Source: Chloroflexota bacterium (GTDB lineage Bacteria; Chloroflexota; Dehalococcoidia; GIF9; UBA5629). From it: a stretch of DNA of 32,373 nucleotides. The DNA is taken from positions 25,269 to 57,641 of the forward strand of contig JBBISW010000002.1 of the NCBI GenBank assembly GCA_037441105.1, read 5' to 3'. Position 1 is the first letter of the stretch. Each line of letters begins with the position of its first letter. Below the pieces are notes generated by a model. It was not told the origin of the DNA. It saw nothing but the letters and a program-made list of their open reading frames with translations, and did not search any database. The translations under genes and the position numbers were made by a program. This document shows positions 28,456-32,373 of the stretch, piece after piece.

Positions 28456-29508
28456 TCAACGCCAACCTAAGGTTTGCTCAACTATTCTTACATCAGCTGG
28501 TAACTCTGGCAGAGGTTCAGCGAACTTCGCCGGAAGGTTAGGGTCCTTTAGCCCAGTACCTGTAATGATGCAGACCACCTTTTTGTCCGAGAGCTTCAAT
28601 CCTTGCTTAACCATCTTAATAAGCCCAGCTACGGAAGCTGCTGAAGCAGGTTCGCCGAAAACACCTTCTTTCCTCGCCAGTATCTTATAGGCAGCCAAAA
28701 TCTCATCATCACTGACACAGTTAATGACCCCACCAGATTGGTCACGGGCAGCTACTGCCCCTTGCCAGCTAGCTGGATTGCCAATACGAATCGCTGTAGC
28801 TATGGTCTTGGGCCTCCTGACAGCTTTGCCCTTGACTATAGGGGCTGCCCCTTCAGCCTGAAAGCCCATCATCTTCGGAGTCCGGCTTGCCTTATCAGCC
28901 TGCTTATATTCCGCAAATCCCTTCCAATAGGCGGTGATATTACCGGCATTGCCCACAGGGATAAAGAGGTAATCAGGAGCATCACCTAAATCGTCAACAA
29001 TCTCAAAAGCTGCCGTCTTCTGACCTTCAATGCGGTACGGATTTAGCGAATTCACTAATGTGACCGGATGCTTCTCGACTAGACTTCGAACTATTTGGAG
29101 AGCCTCATCAAAGTTGCCCTGTATAGCTATGATTTTAGCACCGTAAGCAATAGCCTGTGCCAATTTACCTAGAGCGATCTTCCCTTTCGGCACAATGACA
29201 ACAACAGTAAGGCCAAAACGAGCCCCATAGGCAGCGGCTGATGCGCTGGTATTGCCTGTAGAAGCACATATTACACTTCGACTGCCACTTTCCACAGCCT
29301 TGGCTATGGCTACAACCATGCCTCGGTCTTTGAAAGAGCCAGTAGGATTACAGCCCTCGAGTTTAAAATAGAGCTCACCACAGCCAAGTTCCTTATCCAA
29401 AGCAACAGACCTAACTAAAGGAGTATCGCCCTCTCCTAGCGTTATCAGTGGAGTAGCTGGGGTGACAGGTAGAAAATCGCGATATCTGATTAAGACGCCA
29501 CGCTTCAT
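28456..29508 (-). CDS. thrC: Threonine synthase
   Basis: [18 protein letters not shown] (PLP lysine), [26 protein letters not shown]. Confidence 0.96.
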   Translation of the reverse strand: MKRGVLIRYRDFLPVTPATPLITLGEGDTPLVRSVALDKELGCGELYFKLEGCNPTGSFKDRGMVVAIAKAVESGSRSVICASTGNTSASAAAYGARFGLTVVVIVPKGKIALGKLAQAIAYGAKIIAIQGNFDEALQIVRSLVEKHPVTLVNSLNPYRIEGQKTAAFEIVDDLGDAPDYLFIPVGNAGNITAYWKGFAEYKQADKASRTPKMMGFQAEGAAPIVKGKAVRRPKTIATAIRIGNPASWQGAVAARDQSGGVINCVSDDEILAAYKILARKEGVFGEPASAASVAGLIKMVKQGLKLSDKKVVCIITGTGLKDPNLPAKFAEPLPELPADVRIVEQTLGWR

Positions 29509-29516
29509 TGTTCTCC

Positions 29517-30815
29517 TTAAGCTTCAACTCTAACGAAGTTGCTAATCTCCTTGACTACAGGCAAATGCTCGGTTTCTTTAAGGGCTTGCTGAACTGCCTG
29601 TTCCCTGGCAGGATGAGTCATTATCACAATCTCAGCCGTCTGAGCAGATAGGTCAGTCTCTTTCTGAATCACGGAGGAAATACTAATGGCGTGGTCGCCC
29701 AAGATCTTTGAGATCTGTGCTAGAACCCCTGCCTGGTCAGCAACGCTCATCCTTACATAGTATCGGGTCTCTATTTCATCCATCGGCTTAACAGTCCGCC
29801 CACTGGCAAAGGGTAACCTGGGTGGGCTAGTTGTCCCACGATTGATATTCTGAGCTATTTTAATAATATCGGAAATGACTGCACTTGAAGTTGCCCTGGG
29901 GCCAGCTCCCTCACCATAAAAAATAACCTTGCCTACCAAATCCCCTTCCACGTGGATGGCATTATAAACGCCATCCACTTTGGCCAGCAAAGAATCTTCA
30001 GGAATGAATACAGGGTGAACACGAGCTTCGACAGAATCTTCAACTCGCTTTGCGATAGCCAAAAGCTTTATAGCATAATCCAGCTCACTAGCATAACGGA
30101 AGTCACGAGCCTGGAGTCTCGAAATCCCCTCATGGTACACATTATCGGGCTTAACCTCAGTGCCGAAAGCGATAGTCGCCAGAATAGCCAGCTTATAGGC
30201 AGCATCAACCCCTTCTATATCCTTGGCTGGGTCGGCTTCGGCATAGCCCAGCTCCTGCGCCTTTTTTAATGCCACTGAAAAATCCAGCCCCTCCTTGGCC
30301 ATTCGAGTCAAAATATAGTTGGTAGTACCATTAACGATGGCATAAATAGCTGAAATATCATTAGCCACCAAGTCTTCCTGGAACGGAGCAATTAAAGGTA
30401 TACCACCGCCAACGCTTGCCTCGTAGCGAAGAGACACCTTATGCTCTTGAGCCACAGTCAAAAGCTCACTCCAATGCTTGGATATAACCTCTTTATTAGC
30501 AGTGACAACATGTTTACCGCGAGATAGTGCCTCTCTTATAAATTCAAAGGCGGGGTATTCACCACCTATAAGTTCAACAACGATATCTACCTCGGGATGG
30601 CTAGCTAGCTCCTCAAACTGGGTAGTAAAAATGCCACGCTCAATCCCCATTAAGCCATGCTTAGTCAAGTCTTTCTCCAATATCTTTTTTAACACTAGTC
30701 GGCTACCAGCTTCCCTGGCCAGAGTATCCGGCTTGCCCATCAAGACCTTAGCCACGCCACCACCGATTACCCCCAAGCCCATCAAGCCTATGCCGATGCT
30801 TTTCTTAATTACCAT
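29517..30815 (-). CDS. hom: Homoserine dehydrogenase with C-terminal ACT domain
   Basis: [48 protein letters not shown] domain DQAGVLAQI. Confidence 0.96.
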   Translation of the reverse strand: MVIKKSIGIGLMGLGVIGGGVAKVLMGKPDTLAREAGSRLVLKKILEKDLTKHGLMGIERGIFTTQFEELASHPEVDIVVELIGGEYPAFEFIREALSRGKHVVTANKEVISKHWSELLTVAQEHKVSLRYEASVGGGIPLIAPFQEDLVANDISAIYAIVNGTTNYILTRMAKEGLDFSVALKKAQELGYAEADPAKDIEGVDAAYKLAILATIAFGTEVKPDNVYHEGISRLQARDFRYASELDYAIKLLAIAKRVEDSVEARVHPVFIPEDSLLAKVDGVYNAIHVEGDLVGKVIFYGEGAGPRATSSAVISDIIKIAQNINRGTTSPPRLPFASGRTVKPMDEIETRYYVRMSVADQAGVLAQISKILGDHAISISSVIQKETDLSAQTAEIVIMTHPAREQAVQQALKETEHLPVVKEISNFVRVEA

Positions 30816-30819
30816 GCTA

Positions 30820-32094
30820 CTATCTCCTATCCTTCAAGACTCGAGCTACTGCCCATGCCTTCTCTTCTTCAGTCAGGTAATTCTCCATCACGCTATTCCT
30901 TTCCAGCTCATTAACCCAATCCTGGAAAAGCTTCAGCATCAGAGTTTCTCTAACCTCATTCTCAAGTTGTCGGTTAGCATCTCGTTCCTCAACTCTGACC
31001 AACCAATAACCACCTTTAGTTTGAACGGATTCATCAGTCACCGGTTTACTTATAGCTCCCGGCTCAAGCTGCTCGGCGAATCCTGCGAGAATCCTGTTGC
31101 GGAACTCTCCTCCTCGCGTCCAGCCTAAATCACCACCTTGCTCCTTACTCCTCACATGTTGAGAGTATTGCTCGGCTAGAGTGCTAAAATCTTCGCCAGC
31201 CTCCAACTTAGCCTTTATTTCTGCTGCCTCATTCCAAGTCCCTAATAGTATACCCCAGACATGGAAGCCTCCTTTTGCCTCATCTCTCTCAGTTACTTTC
31301 AGAATCCAATAACCCATTCCCTTAGTCACTGAGCCATCATACGTCGGTTCGCTAATCACGCCAGGTTCAAGACCAAAAGCAATTTCTTCAAGCTTATAGC
31401 CCCCCATGTCTCCGAGCAACTCATTAATAAAACCTTTGGGCAGCCAGCCTAAGTCGCCCTTTTTCTCCTTGGTCAACACCTCTCTGGAAGCTTTCTCTGC
31501 AAGTGAAGTAAAGTTGTCACCAGCTGCAAGTCTGTCTCTTGCCTCTTCAGCTATCTCTTTACTTTCCAAAAACATCGCTTGCACTCTTGCTTGTTCACAA
31601 GCAGTTGGCACTTTGGGACCGAAATAGTCCCTAAATAATTTAGCCGCCAAAAGCCTGGCGGTAACTACATCTCTGTACACCCTAGCATCAGGCAATCCAA
31701 GACCAGTGAGCTCGTTACTGATTTCCTCGGTACTAATACTAACTCCCAAATCAGCAGCCCTTTGTCTTATTAGCTCAGCCTGAGCGATAAATCCAGCAGC
31801 CGTATTCGCCATAGATGTGACCGCGGTGGACTCCTGCCCTTGGCTAAGGAGGTCAAGCACCTTTATATAATAACCCATATCAAAGACAGTGTCGTTTACT
31901 CGCACCACCGGCTGCCTGAGGGGCTTGACTTGCTCATCGTAGTACCCATAACCAATCCACCCCACGATGGAAGCAAAAAAGAAGACACCTATGCCCATTA
32001 TAATACGTTGTACCCGTTGTTGACGTTGCCACTTAGACATCTGGCGCTTAGTAGGTGGCCGTTTCAATTCAGTTTTCTTCTGCTTCTTAGCCAA
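30820..32094 (-). CDS. Membrane-anchored SurA/PrsA-like foldase with two parvulin (rotamase) domains
   Basis: Basic N-terminus then a single TM segment, VVRVND, two repeats FTSLAEKAS...KGDLGW and FSTLAEQYS...GGDLGW. TTG start with SD AAGGAGAGG. Confidence 0.85.
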   Translation of the reverse strand: MAKKQKKTELKRPPTKRQMSKWQRQQRVQRIIMGIGVFFFASIVGWIGYGYYDEQVKPLRQPVVRVNDTVFDMGYYIKVLDLLSQGQESTAVTSMANTAAGFIAQAELIRQRAADLGVSISTEEISNELTGLGLPDARVYRDVVTARLLAAKLFRDYFGPKVPTACEQARVQAMFLESKEIAEEARDRLAAGDNFTSLAEKASREVLTKEKKGDLGWLPKGFINELLGDMGGYKLEEIAFGLEPGVISEPTYDGSVTKGMGYWILKVTERDEAKGGFHVWGILLGTWNEAAEIKAKLEAGEDFSTLAEQYSQHVRSKEQGGDLGWTRGGEFRNRILAGFAEQLEPGAISKPVTDESVQTKGGYWLVRVEERDANRQLENEVRETLMLKLFQDWVNELERNSVMENYLTEEEKAWAVARVLKDRR

Positions 32095-32201
32095 AGTCTA
32101 AAACCTCTCCTTTATGCTGTATTTTTATGATTATGGCGGTGACCAAAGCCCAATTGTGGTAATTAGCTACTTATGATAACATATTGCTTAACTCAAAGCC
32201 A

Positions 32202-32275
32202 CGGGGTGTAGCGCAGCCTGGTAGCGCACCTGAATGGGGTTCAGGTGGTCGCCGGTTCAAATCCGGCCACCCCGA
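32202..32275 (+). tRNA. tRNA-Pro(GGG); CCA not encoded
   Basis: Acceptor stem CGGGGTG/CACCCCG, D-arm GCGC..TGG..GCGC, anticodon stem CCTGA/TCAGG with loop ATGGGGT, T-loop GGTTCAAATCC, discriminator A. Confidence 0.96.
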
Positions 32276-32373
32276 TATCTGATTCTTGTCCTTTGATTAG
32301 CTACAGATATATCACAGTTAGCGACGAAGCCTCCAAATATAGCATTAACACACAATATGCCACAAAAACAATA

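Noticed and set aside
32202-32373. tRNA-Pro as an integration site
   Set aside because: No integrase and no duplicated tRNA 3' end seen in the window; downstream sequence is too short to judge.
1-32373. CRISPR arrays, rRNA, IS or prophage genes
   Set aside because: No regularly spaced repeats or mobility genes were seen, and all intergenic gaps are under about 250 nt.

Overview
A 32 kb gene-dense bacterial chromosomal segment. By gene style and order it is probably an anaerobic Chloroflexota (Dehalococcoidia-like) genome; this is inference and was not verified. Left to right: (i) a MarR-associated acyl-CoA catabolic cluster with two crotonases, a nitronate-monooxygenase/FabK-family flavoprotein and a FadH-like OYE with an atypical active site; (ii) a Cys-poor ThiF/MoeB-family E1-like gene with a MoaD/SAMP-like GG-ended protein, followed by a prepilin peptidase; (iii) an alpha/beta hydrolase and extended SDR pair behind a 7-2-7 palindrome; (iv) a PyrR-attenuated pyr operon (pyrR-pyrB-pyrC-carB-pyrK-yjbQ) with no carA or pyrD; (v) an accessory-looking block of two tandem GT4 glycosyltransferases with duplicated promoters, an (alpha/alpha)-barrel 'prenyltransferase-like' protein, a SAM methyltransferase, and a MacAB/YknXYZ-type exporter whose adaptor has three internal helical repeats and which has two permeases; (vi) minus-strand housekeeping genes (double-parvulin foldase, hom, thrC, flavin reductase, folE) and tRNA-Pro(GGG). 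No CRISPR, rRNA, integrase or transposase was seen. The best candidate for an uncharacterised system is block (v); the orphan E1/Ubl pair is next.
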